Assembly: GCF_036321535.1 (NCBI RefSeq)
Contig: NC_087437.1
Location: 48,362,001-48,426,000 of the forward strand
Direction: 5' to 3'
Length of the DNA stretch: 64,000 nucleotides
Origin: Camelus dromedarius
Lineage: Eukaryota
In this document: piece after piece, positions 12,283-24,790 of the stretch
Layout of the letters: each line of letters begins with the position of its first letter
Position numbering within the stretch: position 1 is the stretch's first letter
The notes under the pieces: generated by a model
The model's database searches: none
What the model saw: only the letters and a program-made list of their open reading frames with translations
Told to the model about the DNA's origin: nothing
Translations under genes and position numbers: made by a program

Positions 12283-12429
12283 CTAATTTTGTACTTTTAG
12301 TCCTGGTGTATATAAGCCTTTTCAAAAACTCCCCTTTTGGTCATTTTGGCAGGGTTTGAGGAGTTGACAAAGGCAAAACCTGTGTTGAGGGGTGGTAGTG
12401 GGGGGCAGTAAGCCTGACATTTCCACATA

Positions 12430-12600
12430 GTACCTTCTGCTCAAGTGCTTTAAGCTTCAGTTTCCTCATATGCAAAATTAAGATAATTATACTTATCTCT
12501 TAGGGTTGAGATAAAGATTAAAAGATAATAAATGAGATAAATGGACATAAAACATTTCAAATGATGTCTTTCACATAGCAAGTTAGTCATTATTAATACA
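12430..12600 (+). mobile_element. MIR fragment
   Basis: Core cttcagtttcctcatatgcaaaat ... tagggttgag ... aaatgagataa. Confidence 0.8.
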
Positions 12601-13339
12601 TGCTGACATGATATCTTAAGAACAGAAACACTCAAATTAGCTTAAGTTAAAAATATGTGTAGAGAAAAGATACAGAGAAGAGTTTTGGAATCAATTCGGA
12701 GGAAAGTTAGCAAGATCTCCTGCAACTGGAGATGCTTCTGGCAGCTATTCTTCCTGTCCCCTCACTCCGGACACAAAACTGCCCATTTCTCACACCCCAC
12801 TTTCTAAGTATCTCCTCCATTTTCTTGTTTTCACCTTTCAGACAAGCTTTCTCTGTTTACTTAATGTGTCCACTGCTGAAAATAGCTTCAAGCTCCAGCA
12901 TAGACCCCTATCTGCCTGACTCTTTTTCAGTTCCTCAGTTCCATTTTATCACCAAGACTGGTGGACTGGCCCTACTTGGCAAAGAGTCCATCCTTGTTCA
13001 GTCATACAGCAGGTGGGATCCTGAGGTCCTAGTGCTGTCTCTTGCAGGCTGTGTAGTGAGAGGGCCCTAGAGTGATAAGTACATGAGGTACTGCTCATAA
13101 TATAATCCTAAGAGATAAGAGAAGAATTTAAAAAGGACATATGGGACCTTACAAAGTTTGGTATATATATGCATGTGTGCATATCTATGTACATGTATAT
13201 ATATGCTAAATGCCAAATACTAATATATGCACACTCATGAGCTTGTTGAAAGACAAATGAGAAAGTGCATGTATTTAGCATAGTTTGTGACACATAGTAA
13301 CATTCAATAAATATTTTGTTATTATCATATTTAAATATA

Positions 13340-13490
13340 TACAAAAAGTGCTAGAGGAAAATTCACCAAAATAGTAATTGTGATCATTTTTCTAGGAGGT
13401 GTAGTCAGGAGTAATTTATAGTTTCTTATTTATATTTCTTTGTAATTTTTTTACAATGAACATGTAATTCTTATATAATCAGAAAAATAA
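13340..13490 (+). mobile_element. L1ME 3' end fragment
   Basis: gaggaaaattcaccaaaatagtaattgtgatc ... ttttacaatgaacatgtaattcttatataatcagaaaaa. Confidence 0.6.
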
Positions 13491-14370
13491 TTTTCTCAAC
13501 CTACTGATAAGGAAAAGGCTATATATGAAAAGCGTAACAGTTATCTTTAATTCATCTTCCAACAACTGGGTCATTTAATTACTCGACCATTTGAAAACGT
13601 TTTATAAAACAACTCTTTCCTTTTTATGTTCTTATTTTTCCCAGATTTCTGAATTTTTGTGGTAAGGTGAGGAACTCGAGAGTGTGTGGGCCTTGTAATG
13701 AACTGAAGATTTAGAACGTTTGATTTTTCAGCTGTATGTCCCAGTATAGGTTCCTAGTTATTGACTCTCAGATCAGGCATTCAGAAATGGAGAGTTACTA
13801 CATAGGAAAAACTATGTCTGAAATCTTTACACCAAAATTAAGTATTTTAAAATATTACAGAATTAATACATCAATGCATTTAATGAGTCACTGTTATCTT
13901 TTTTCTGGTACTCTGGCACTCACTATCATCCTGAACATTATTTTCCTTTTTCAAGGCAATCCACTTTGTTTATCTTGAATCCAGAGGATAATCGCAAACT
14001 CAGATTCTCACAGCTAGAAAGGTAGATTAAATATCATCTACTTCAAAATTAGAAGTTTTCAGATGAAAAAATGCAAACTAAGAAGGTTTCTCTTTTTTGA
14101 TAATAAAACTAGTAACAAGCAAGAGAGTCAGATATAAAACCACACTTTTAAATTTTAGCTTGATACTGTTTCCACTGCAAGTCCTTCCTACTTCCCTGTG
14201 TTCACTATAATCTCCAGGTCATTACCAACTTGGTCAAATTATATTGCTTTTTGAAAGTACCTATTAAGTCATAGGTGATTTCTATGGCACCAATGGATTA
14301 TATAGGTTGATTCTCAATTTAATGACTCATTACCAAACTGATAACCACAGTATTTTAAGTGAAAAAAGGA

Positions 14371-14520
14371 AATGGCCTATACCATTCAAGTTATATTTAC
14401 TTACACAAATGTGTTTCTTTGGGGAAAAAAAATCACATCAAAATTAATGCCCTACACCATTCAAGTTATATTTACTTATACAAATGTGTTTCTTTGGTAG
14501 AAAAAACCACAACAAAAGAA
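14371..14520. repeat. Tandem duplication, two copies of a 75-bp unit
   Basis: aatggcctataccattcaagttatatttacttacacaaatgtgtttctttgg at 14371 recurs as aatgccctacaccattcaagttatatttacttatacaaatgtgtttctttgg at 14446. Confidence 0.95.
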
Positions 14521-15679
14521 ATTCCCACATTACTTGCTTTCATAAAATTGACCCTGTGACTCATAACTCATATTTCCTTTTGTGCTGGGCCTTCTAGGAA
14601 ACTCAGAACAAAATCAGGAGCAATCAAATCCATAGCAAAGGTCTTTCAGCATTTTATTTTTCTTTGTAAAAACATTGCCTCCCAGCTTTGAGTTCTTTTC
14701 CTACCTTCATTTTTCCTTTAAATCTGTTCCTTAACCATATCATTTTTACTGATGTTGTTTCATAAATAATTTCAAGTATTTTTTGAAATAAGGCATTATA
14801 TAAAGAACAAGTGAAACAATTTTCATATGCTGTTTTCAATGTACCTGCTGGTGTAGGTACATACATTTAAAAAAAAAACTTGTTACACTTTATTGAGTAA
14901 CAAGTTTATTTTTATGCCTTAGTGTTCGCTGTAGAAAGGCTCCATATTACATTTTATGAAATAAAATGAATAATTTTAAGACTTAGAGGGTTCTTTAGCT
15001 GTGTAAATCAGCATTGTCCTTGAATCTCCATTCAGTTCAATTTTATCCATAAGTCTTATTTCTTTCTATAGTTTTTGACAGATATTTATAATCAAAGTAG
15101 AATATATATGAGGTTATGTGAATAAAATAAAGAGGCATATCAGACATATACACACACCTTCAAAGATGGTCTCAACGTATCTAGAACAGGAACTACATAA
15201 TTTGTATTTATGCAGGTACATCACTGAAAAATTAACAGAGGTACCTAGAAAAATTTTGGTTGGTGGTGAATGCTCAGATCAAACCACTGAGACATTTTTT
15301 CATCCACTTGTTCTCATAATACTCATTCATAGTTACCATGTCTATTTACTTATGTTAGCAAATCCTAAGAGATGAGGTATATTATGACATGTCATTTTAT
15401 TTGTAATTATAATTATGTATATTTTGATATTGATATATGAGAAAATTATAACTTCAATTCCAGGTAATGTGTAATTTTACAGCTCTTAGTGTTTAAAAAT
15501 AACTGATGTGTTTTACATACATAATTGCACCATTGGCCTATTTGTATGGTACAGCATAATTAGAAATATGATTCCTATATAGCCCACTGGTTATTTGTAT
15601 ATATATATCTTTGTATGACATTTATTTTTTGTATTATATATAAAATATTATATTTTATATTATTTCATTACCCCTGAAG

Positions 15680-15870
15680 TATTTCCATATACATTATTTT
15701 CTTGAATCCTCAAAGTAGTCCTATGAGTTTCATAGTGTTGAGCCTACTGCAGATGTACAGAAACTGAGTTCCGGGGAGATCATGGGACTGAAGGTCACAC
15801 AGTAGTAAAATGACAATGCCAGGACTGGAGGACAGGTGTCCTCACTCTCAGTACAGGGCGTTTCGAATGC
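15680..15870 (-). mobile_element. MIR fragment
   Basis: gaatcctcaaagtagtcctatgag ... cagatgtacagaaactgagttcc ... aaggtcacacagtagtaa. Confidence 0.75.
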
Positions 15871-16419
15871 AATCCACTTTAGCGTCCAGCTTCTAAAAAT
15901 CAATACTAGCCTCTCTTTAGACCCACACAGAGCTTCTTATGAGGCTGACTTCATCCTGTTCTACCCCTTATTAATATTAAACATCAATAGCTGATAGAAT
16001 GGAGAGCAGATTATATATCCACCCATTACTACCTATTACTACCCATTACTCCCACACGGTATTTACCATGGGAGAAGACCAGCCACCTTCCCAAACATTA
16101 AGGCCTGGGCTCTCTTGGAGTCTTCTCAGCTACGTATATTTCAAACTTGCACAGATACTTTTAGTTTGCACAGAGAAAGAAACTTTTCAGAAAATTCCCT
16201 ATACACATTGAAACACCATCTAATACAATATGGTTTTGTATATGAGTTCAAAGTACACAGATCTTTTGAATAAGGCAGGTTTACAGCTAAAATAAAAAAT
16301 ATGAAGTGAATACATTCAGAAAGAAAAACTACAATGTTAATAGGTATTTTCCTTTGAATTGGGGCATTGTATCTGAGATTTTTAAACACGGCTTTTTTAT
16401 TCTTTGGAATTTTCCAAGT

Positions 16420-17290
16420 GCAGCATCTCAAACTTGCATCTAATCAGAACTCTTAAATTTCTTCCCTACCTACCACACAAGCCAGGTATGTGTACCCTGC
16501 CAGACTTTCACAAATTATTAATGAGCTCTCTCTCCATTCTCCTTTTGCTCAGGCCAAAAACCTAGGAGTCATTCTTGCCTCCTCTCTTTAGAAGAGCACA
16601 CATTAGAGCAAAATATATCCTGAATTTGACCACTTCTGATAAGCTCTACTGCCATCCTCTGAAATCCTACCTAGATTTACTTCAATAGCCACCTAATTGG
16701 CTTCCCTGTTTCCACTCTTGCTCATCCTCTTCCCCTCCTCCAAGTCAATACTCCACAGTGCAGCTAGAAGAGTTCTAGGAGTACACAATTCAAACTGTGT
16801 TGTTCTGCATTTCTTTCCCAATGGCTTCCTCCAATCTTTCCCTGGGCTGTATGGGAGCTGGTCCTGGCTCACCTCCCCAGCTTTCTACCATTCCCCTCTT
16901 CCACCATTCCTCAGGCCACAGTGGCCTTCTTGTTCATCTCTGAAATGACCTGCTTGTTCCCACCTCAAGGACTTTGCCTTTGTTAGTTCCTCTGCCTGGC
17001 ACACACTTGCCCAGGTCTCTGCAGAGTCTACTTCAATTCATCCTTGTCTCTGTTCAATGTCATATCCTTAGAGAGGTTTTCCTGACACTACCCAAGGCAT
17101 TGCTCCTTCACTTCTCTGTTCTTGTGTGTTTCCTCCCCCTGCCTTCTTCCCCTTCCTCACTTCGACTGACTGTATATTCACTTATAATCTGCCTTCCCCT
17201 CTCAGCTGTTAGCTCCACTGAGGACAGGGACAACGTCATTCGGTGCTCCATCACCAAGCTTGCAGCATCCCTGCTCCATAAATATTTTCT
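16420..17290 (+). mobile_element. L2 (L2a-like) 3' portion
   Basis: ttgctcaggccaaaaacctaggagtcattcttg, ctccacagtgcagctagaag, ttagctccactgaggacagggac, ctccataaatatt. Confidence 0.9.
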
Positions 17291-18114
17291 TTCAAGTTAT
17301 AAAGTAGTACTTTATAATTAGAAATAAAATACATACTTTTGCCTAAGCATGAGCCAAACCCCAATTATAGACTGAGAACATTCTGCAAAGTACGGCTTTT
17401 ACAAAGGAGAAGAATGAGCTGTCAGGAGAATTGAGAGGTTAAATGAAGAAAGTGGAAGTTGAGCTGAGCCTGACCTGAAACAAGACATTACAGAGGCAAA
17501 GGAAAAGAGGAGAAAGAATGGGAGAAGGAAAATAAGACTGCAATTAAAAATAGAAAGGTCACTGAAGGCCAGCTTCCAAGTTACTGGTGACCGAGTGCCA
17601 GAGAAGACCAAATTTTAGAACCAGCTGTGGAGAGTGGTTTGGCACTTGGCACCAGGCTGCCAAGGTTATTATTCTGTAACAGAGCTCTATGGACCCTTTA
17701 ATGATAACAGCAGGCACTCTGTTAAAAGGTTAGCTGCAGAGGGCACCAGAGATGGAAAGTGAACAGCAAAGTGCATGACATGATATGGCTTAAATCTAGT
17801 AACTGCACCTGCAGAAGACCAAAATGTGCATAGTGCAGAGACTATAAACAGAACAGGCACACAAGACAGGGCCCCGGCTGTTTTCAACGATCAGATTTAC
17901 TAGAACTGAAAATGAAGTGAACTCGAAAATATCCACAAAGAGAAAACATTCCAAGAGAGAGAGTACTGGTAAAGGGAGGAGAACCAGACAGGGGTCACAT
18001 GCGTGTGCACAGTTAGATGACCATCCCTATGCAAACAGCATTGTGAGGGGAAAACAAGAAGAAACCTGAAACGGAATCAGACATTTTTTCTTTCTTTTTT
18101 GTACTTTTTATTGG

Positions 18115-18240
18115 ATCTATGTAAAATGGATATTAATTAAACCTACTATGGTAATAATTTCACAATATATGCAAGTCAAACCTTTATGCTGTACACCTGA
18201 AACTCATACAATGATAGATGTCAATTATAAAAAAAAAAGA
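18115..18240 (+). mobile_element. L1M 3' terminus with A-tail
   Basis: tggtaataatttcacaatatatgcaagtcaaacctttatgctgtacacctgaaactcataca...gtcaattataaaaaaaaaa. Confidence 0.8.
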
Positions 18241-18851
18241 AATGCTGCATATATACACATATACCCTCTCTCTTTCTCACTCACACATATGGCATTACAT
18301 ATACGGACATATCTATGTAGAACCAATTTAAGATCTGCTGACAACCATCTGGCAGCACTGTGAATTCAAAGGCAGAATTCTTGGAATCTGGAACTGGTTA
18401 GATCACAGATTGGTTGAGTGATCTTATGTGAGTCATTTCACTCCTCTAAGCCTCACTTTTCTCATGGGTAAAAGAATTTAACTAGATGATTCCTGAAGTC
18501 TATTCCTATTCTTACAACACCTATCATTATAACCATTGGCATTGATTTGAGCTAAATGAAGTAAATCATCACTGACAGCTCCAAAGGACTGATTGACTCA
18601 CTTCCTTCTTCTGCATGTACTTAATCAAATATCATTCATTCATCATCTATCCATCCTTCATTCAAGGAACATTAATTGAGTAACTTCAATATGCCAAGCA
18701 TCCCTCTAGGAGCTTCAATAAGGTCCCTGCCCTTAAAGAACTCTACTAAAGGATTTGACATTGTAGTTTTTAAAGGTTAATTTGTATTCAGGACTTAGGC
18801 AAGATGCTTTTCATCAACAGAAAGGTTGGTTAATTTGCCAATATGCCAGAT

Positions 18852-18998
18852 TTCTCTCTCTCTCTCCCTCTCTCTCTCCCTCTCTCTCTATATGTATACA
18901 TATATATGTATATATGTACCTGTGTTCTCCCATGGACACAGATATTGGAATTTTATCTGCAACGTTTGTATACATACAAAGTATGTATATACATGTAT
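18852..18998. repeat. (CT)n and (TA/TATG)n low-complexity tract
   Basis: tctctctctctctccctctctctctccctctctctctatatgtatacatatatatgtata. Confidence 0.85.
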
Positions 18999-19689
18999 AA
19001 AGACTCAAGCCACTGAAGTCTACCAACTACACTGATAGTGATAAACATATTTATAGCTCAGTCCCACCAATCAATTCACAGGACTCTAGCCCCTCTTAGG
19101 TTCCAAACTCGGGCATGGACATACTACTGCTTGTGCAACAACTGCAAGAATCACTGTGTCCCTATTGAGGCGAGCCTGCTGGGTGGCTCACACAGAGCAG
19201 AGCCTCCTCCCAGGGAGGAAGGTTATACATTAGCCTCTCTTAAGTCTGTTCATTTCTGACATTGATGCCCATTCATCCCCAAGAGATGAATTTATTTTTG
19301 TGAAGCTTTAGTTATCAGAAAAATAACTGACTCTTAAACAACCAAACAGGACTATTTTAGAATGTATGTCTCATTTTTTTTAAGGAATGAAGACAGACAT
19401 CCCAAAGGACCTGTGTTCTTTAACACAACAACCACCTACTGAATCAAAAACTCACACTTATTTGAGAGACAGATGGCCATTTCCTCCTGTTCTGTTCTAC
19501 CTAGTAACCCAGAGATACATGGTTTTACAGAAAAACCTAAACTTTTAAACAAACAAACAAAAATTATTTGTTTCACTTAAAAAACAAAAATAAACATACA
19601 AATACTGAATAATAGATGAATTATTTCATACTCTTTTTCATTACAGGCCATTCTAAGGTACACTCATTGGTCCTTTAGGATCTGTCTTG

Positions 19690-20075
19690 GCTTCAGAGAG
19701 CCAGCGTGGTACTCTTCTCAGGGTTGTACCCATCCATTGAGTACACAAGGCAGGGGTATAAGTGGTGGGTCATTTTGGCCCATGGTGGGACATTCTGATG
19801 GGCTCAGAACCCTCAGGGATAAGGGTTTAGGTAGGGCTACCAGGTACGCTATAGAGAAGGGTTAGTACGGAAGGTGAGGAGACCCTGAAAAGCTGAGTGG
19901 AGGAGGGAGACGATGAGTACCAGTTGTTGGTACCAATGTCAGCTGTGGGAGCTAGACCTTGTCCTACTAACATTCCTTTTCTAAGCTTGTCTCAAGAAAG
20001 GAGGTCCACCAGAATCCCAGAGGATCTGCTGCCAAAACATGTGGAGAAGGAGATCCAGGGGGTCCAAGGGATGGA
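19690..20075 (+). mobile_element. ERVL (ERV3-16A3-like) internal 3' end with polypurine tract
   Basis: gtggaggagggagacgatgagtaccagttg and ccaagggatgga lie directly before an LTR16-like LTR. Confidence 0.65.
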
Positions 20076-20462
20076 TGGTAGTAGACAAAGAAATGAGCTG
20101 CCCAGATCCTGCTTCCAGGAATACATTTCTGCCTGACTGCAGGAAGCAGCAAACAGCAGACAGCCTCAAATCACTAGCTTCTTCAGAGTTTGTCGCAACT
20201 GCAGAGAGCCAGGGCCTCACTCTTCCTGGGATGATCGGCAGCCAGTGACTGAGCAACATGGCAGAATACTTCAGCCCAATGCAGAGTTCCTCTGATGGTC
20301 AATATCTGCTCTGGAGCCCCACAGGGTCAGCAGAGGTCTTGATACACCTGTATCATGATCTAAAATCTCCTCTTGACCAATCTTGCTTCCTCCCCCTTCC
20401 CTTCCTTTCATAGACATTATGCTTGTCTAAGTATCTGCTTCCAAGGAACACAACCGGAGGCA
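20076..20462 (+). mobile_element. LTR16-like ERVL 3' LTR
   Basis: gctgcccagatcctgcttccagga near the start; tctgcttccaaggaacacaaccggaggca at the end. Confidence 0.75.
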
Positions 20463-21502
20463 CTCGCCCCTTCTCCCATCCACACATAACAGGGCCTCTT
20501 ACTTTGCCTCATCACTTATGTTAATGGGACAAGAAATGGGATAGGTGGCCAGGAGCACAGAGATATGATGGTCAGAGTCTGGGGGAATGAGAAGGGACAG
20601 GAATAAAATTATTTCAGTGCTTTTTCACTTTTCTTCTCAGTCCTGAGGTACAGGTACCATCTTCAATGGCATGGGAGACTGACAGTTTGACGTACCAGGA
20701 CACCTTTCTGCTTAGGGTAATAGACAAAGCTTCAAGAAACAGATCCATTTTTAAATGTTCTGGGGGTACTCGTTGGTTAAAGGAATTTTATAATGATTAC
20801 TTTAGTAAATAAAATAATGCCCTCTTTATTTTACGAACATAGATTTTCATATGTTAGAATTATATAAATGACACTTTAAAAAACTAAAATAAAGCAGCTA
20901 TTCTGATTGATACTATCTCAAGGTCTGGGATGGGAAAGATAAGAAAACTACTCTCACTGTTATACAAAAATGTATTTTTAAAAAAATACTTCCACTTCAC
21001 ACTCTGCTTACATTGAAGATAGCATCCTTTCCTCTTCCCCACTCCTTAATCAGCCCCCAGTCCCATACCTGTTCCTGGCATTCACTCTTTCTAATGGAGC
21101 ATAGCCCTGCCCCCATGGCCAGACACATGGAATTCTGGAGAGTGGCTCAGAGTGCTGGCCTGGCCCCAGGACCAGGACACGCGGAGGAGGGCCAGGCCAG
21201 TTGCTCAGGCACTTCTGCAGTGGAGCTGAGAACCACACAGATGGAGCACAGCTTCCAGCTTCCAGCTCTCTGGGCTTTTGCACTCCTACACAAAACATTC
21301 CAAGTGAGGGCTCAGGAGGCTGATCTCCTCTCCATGTTTGTATCTTCATCTGCACACGGAGGACCCTCACAGGCATGGGCTTGCTGTGGAGCTTAACTCA
21401 TATGGCAAATATGAGAGGGCCCAGCACAATGCCTGGCCCATCAAAGTTGCTCAAAAAGTGGGTGTTTGTTCACATATGTGTTCACTTATTCCTGGTCTTC
21501 TA

Positions 21503-22849
21503 TATACAGCTTGATGTTTCTATATACGCATACACATTGTGAAATAATTGCCACAACCAAGCTGATTAACACATTGCCTGACGTAGTTACCATTTCCTTG
21601 GTGTGTGCATGGTGAGAACATTTAAAATCTACTCTCTGAGCAAATTTCCAGTGTACAATGCTATATTGTTAACTGCATTCATATGGCTGTTTAATTGTCC
21701 TATCTACCTATTTAATTGACCCTCTTATCATTATATAATGATTTCCTTTGTCTGTAGAGGCAGTTTCTAAGTTAATGTCTATTTTGTCTGATATAAGTAC
21801 AGCTGTCCTGCTTTCTTGTTGGTTACCATTTACATAGAATATCTTTTCCCACCTCTTTACTCTCAGCCTGTGTGTCTTTAAATCTAAAGTGAGTCTCTTG
21901 TAAACAGCATCTCTGTGGTTTTTTATTTCATCCATTCAGCCACATTACGCCTTTGATGGAGGAGTTTTTATAAAGTAATTATTGATAGGTAAGACTTAAT
22001 ATTGCCATTTTGTTCACTGTTCTCTGTCTGTTTTGCAATTGTTTTGTCCCTCTCTTCCTCTCTTGCTGTCTTCCTTTGTTACTTGATGATTTTTTGTAGT
22101 GATTTGCTTTGATTCTTTTCTTTTTATCTTTTGTGTATCTACCATAGTTTTTTGTTTTGCATAAAATGTCTTATAGTTATAATTTTCTATTTTAAGTTGA
22201 TACACCCTAACTTCACTTGCACTGCAGATGTGCACAGTGAATGGTGATGAGGCTGCTGGAATCCTCCTCCTCTCTTTCTCCCTATTGGAGGTAAATCACA
22301 GCCATCCTTCTTGGTGCCAGGGTCAGGGGCAAAGGTGTATGTACAGTCATGGCAGTGCCGTTGTCTGGGACATAGGTGCCCATGCTGTGGCATCAGGGCT
22401 CGGGGGGAAGTGGAGTGAAGGAGGGAAGGGTGTGGCACCTCTGGCCCTGGCTGGATGCAGTGACAGCTCCTGCTTAGGGGGCGTATAGTGGCATGGACTC
22501 CAAGCAGCTCTGTCAGTTGGGGTAAACTGTAGTCCTTGGTGATGAAGGCTGCTGGGGTCCTTCTGGTTTCCTTTTCCCCTGTGGGAAGAATTTAAAACCC
22601 AGGGGATCCCTCTTGGCCCTAAGCTTTGCTGGGCTGGAGGATGGGATGATACAGGTAAAATGCTTCCTACATTTTTCTACACAGCCATCTTCAGTTTTTA
22701 TGCTTCACTGTTTTGCTATAGTTTCTTAATTGTAGTCCAGAGCTTTCCAGAGCTATTTTCATTGGTGATGACATAGTTATTAAATTATTGTTTCTGTGGG
22801 GGCATGAGGGCTAGAACCTCCTAGTTTATCATCTTACTAATGTCACTCC
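21503..22849 (-). mobile_element. Internally deleted L1 (L1MA/L1M2-like): 5'UTR start, inter-ORF/ORF2 endonuclease region and 3'UTR
   Basis: Sense 5' terminus ggagtgacattagtaagatgataaactaggaggttctagccctc. ORF 21708-21935 is the ORF2 endonuclease (LRVKRWEKIFYVNGNQ..AVLISDKID..GNHYIMIRGSI). L1MA-type 3'UTR at 21503-21690. Confidence 0.85.
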
Positions 22850-22999
22850 ATGTATTATTTTTCTTAAAGTGGGATTCTAAAATTGGATCAACCTCTGCAG
22901 CTAGTAAGTGGCAGAGCCAGATTCAAACCTAGGTCTGTCTGATTTCAAAGCTACCCCTTGCTATAGTTTTTTTTCTTCTCATTCATTTATAGCTTAATT

Positions 23000-24020
23000 C
23001 TATTCCTCCCCTACTATCTTTTCCATGATTCTCTGCCCTCTCTTTCCATTGAAACTCATCCTCCATTAGCAGAAAACATTATTGGGTCACTCTTTTCACC
23101 TTCTCACCAAAAATGAGATAGTGATTTCTTGCTAATAATTTCATTTCCCTGAGAATTCTCTCCCTTGGAGGCAACCCCTTATGTTGTTTGTCAAAATTTT
23201 TAAAACAAGGAGAATAAGCTCCTTATTCCCTACTACCATCCCGAAATATGGCTAACCTCCAGAACAACCCCCTACTTTACCTCAAGGTGTCCTCTACACT
23301 ACATTCCTTGGTAACTCTGGCATCTTCCCTTACTGGCATCACAGTTCCTTGACCTTCTCAACACATACAGCCTTTGTCTCTACTCCATTTGAACCAGTCC
23401 CAGGCGTGACCACATCCTGCAACTTGGCTTCCCTCAGAATAGCTCTATATCCCAGATCTATAAAACTAAAGTTTCCCTTCTCCCACCCCTAGACTCTTTT
23501 TTCATTCTTCATTTGTCCTAAAGCCATTAATTACCTTCCTGGAGAATGGCAATAAGCTGGTTCATTTTGTTCCATAGTGGGTTCTTGTGGACTGAAATCT
23601 ATTAACTCTTAAATCTACTTGGTATCTTTAAAAATTATCTATATTTTTCTATCTATGACATTTTCCAAAGAACCTTTTCTCAATCTTCTTCTCCCTCATC
23701 AGAGATTAGCTTACTGGTATTCTCTTCCTGAACAAAACCTTAGCTCCTACTTTACAGGGAAGATGGAGGGCCACACCATATGATTTTTCTCTCTCCTTCT
23801 CAACAGTTTGGCTTCACAAGCTCTTATTTGCCCCATCCATCTCAGAGAAAGAGATTCTTTTTCAAGGCATCCCTTCAAAGGTGGCCCCCATCCCTTCACT
23901 TGTCATCCCACTCTTTCTGACACTTTGCTCCATCTATTATTTTTATATCTTCTATTGTTCCTTCTCTCTGGATTATTCCTCTATGTCTAGAACATGTTTT
24001 CTATCAGTCACTTGAAATAA
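23000..24020 (+). mobile_element. L2 internal (endonuclease to RT start) fragment
   Basis: cagttccttgaccttctcaac, gtgaccacatcctgcaacttgg, ccttagctcctactttacagggaagatggagggcc, cttctctctggattattcc. Confidence 0.65.
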
Positions 24021-24039
24021 CTAACCAACTTGCAACTTG

Positions 24040-24590
24040 CAGTGGAATCCTCTCGATTGAAGGTATAAACTGGACCTCAAAGGTGTCAATCTTTATAATC
24101 CTAATTAAAGATCAAGGAGGATACAAAGATGTCACGGGAGACTTCAACAAGGTTCCACAGTGCAGAGAAATACAGGGACCCACACAATATTTAAGGTAAC
24201 CTACATTATGGTAAGTAATAGCAACTTGTTCAAGTTAGGATGATTACTTCTACCAAATTTTAGGTTTTGGGACGTAGATATGGGTCGTCAGGAAAGAGGT
24301 TGCTAAACCTGCTGCCGAAATTCCTAAGTGAGGAACATTATTGGTGATTGTCCTGGACTTCAGTCAAGATACACAAACCCCTTTGGGGAAAAAAGCAGGT
24401 GTAGGAACAGGAGCAGCACTGTGCATAGGCGTCTCAGTTTAAAAGAACACATCTATGCTTCCAAATACCATTTTCAGAAGGTCAATAACTGGAAGGGCAT
24501 TTGGGATTTATCTGGTTCAGAGGTGAATAATAACCTGTGGGCTATATTCTGTCCATTGTTGATAATTCTTCTTTGGCCCACATTGCGTCT
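24040..24590 (+). mobile_element. Probable ancient CR1/L3-like LINE reverse-transcriptase fragment
   Basis: Co-linear degenerate motifs: DVTGDFNK (~NVTPIFKK) at 24128, YG..GKR..tgc taa acc (~HGF.KG.SCQT) at 24279, VIVLDFS (~V.YLDFS) at 24344, FQKV..AIFCPLLII (~QRV..SVLGPLLF) at 24541. Confidence 0.5.
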
Positions 24591-24599
24591 TTCATAAAA

Positions 24600-24790
24600 A
24601 TTGTACCAACACATTAAAATCTAAAAAAAAATGACATAAATTTCATGGTTCTTAGGAAATATTGGGAAACTTGACAGCCCAAGTCTGAAATTTCAGCACA
24701 GCAACCCTTGGCTGGGTCTGAGTAATGGCTGCTCCTTTAGATGGGGCACGTGCTCTTCAGTCTCCCATCATCACTCTCATTCATTCAGGA
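24600..24790. mobile_element. MER102-like hAT-Charlie DNA transposon fragment
   Basis: ttggctgggtctgagtaatggctgctcctttagatggggcacgtgctcttcagtctccca. Confidence 0.7.

Larger units (their letters stand above)
9540..12390 (-). mobile_element. HAL1-like (half-L1, ORF1-only) element, near full length, with a nested MIR and a young L1 3' end
   Basis: 3' end agagtcaaattgttgtagaaggcttaat; ORF1-region motif gtgggtcttttctcattcatt...catttcagtctggaaac; 5' portion gtcattttggcagggtttgagg. Confidence 0.7.

Noticed and set aside
24131..24148. VTGDFN as an APE-endonuclease GDFN motif
   Set aside because: Downstream motifs and spacing fit the RT-start NVTPIFKK motif better, and no other endonuclease motifs flank it.
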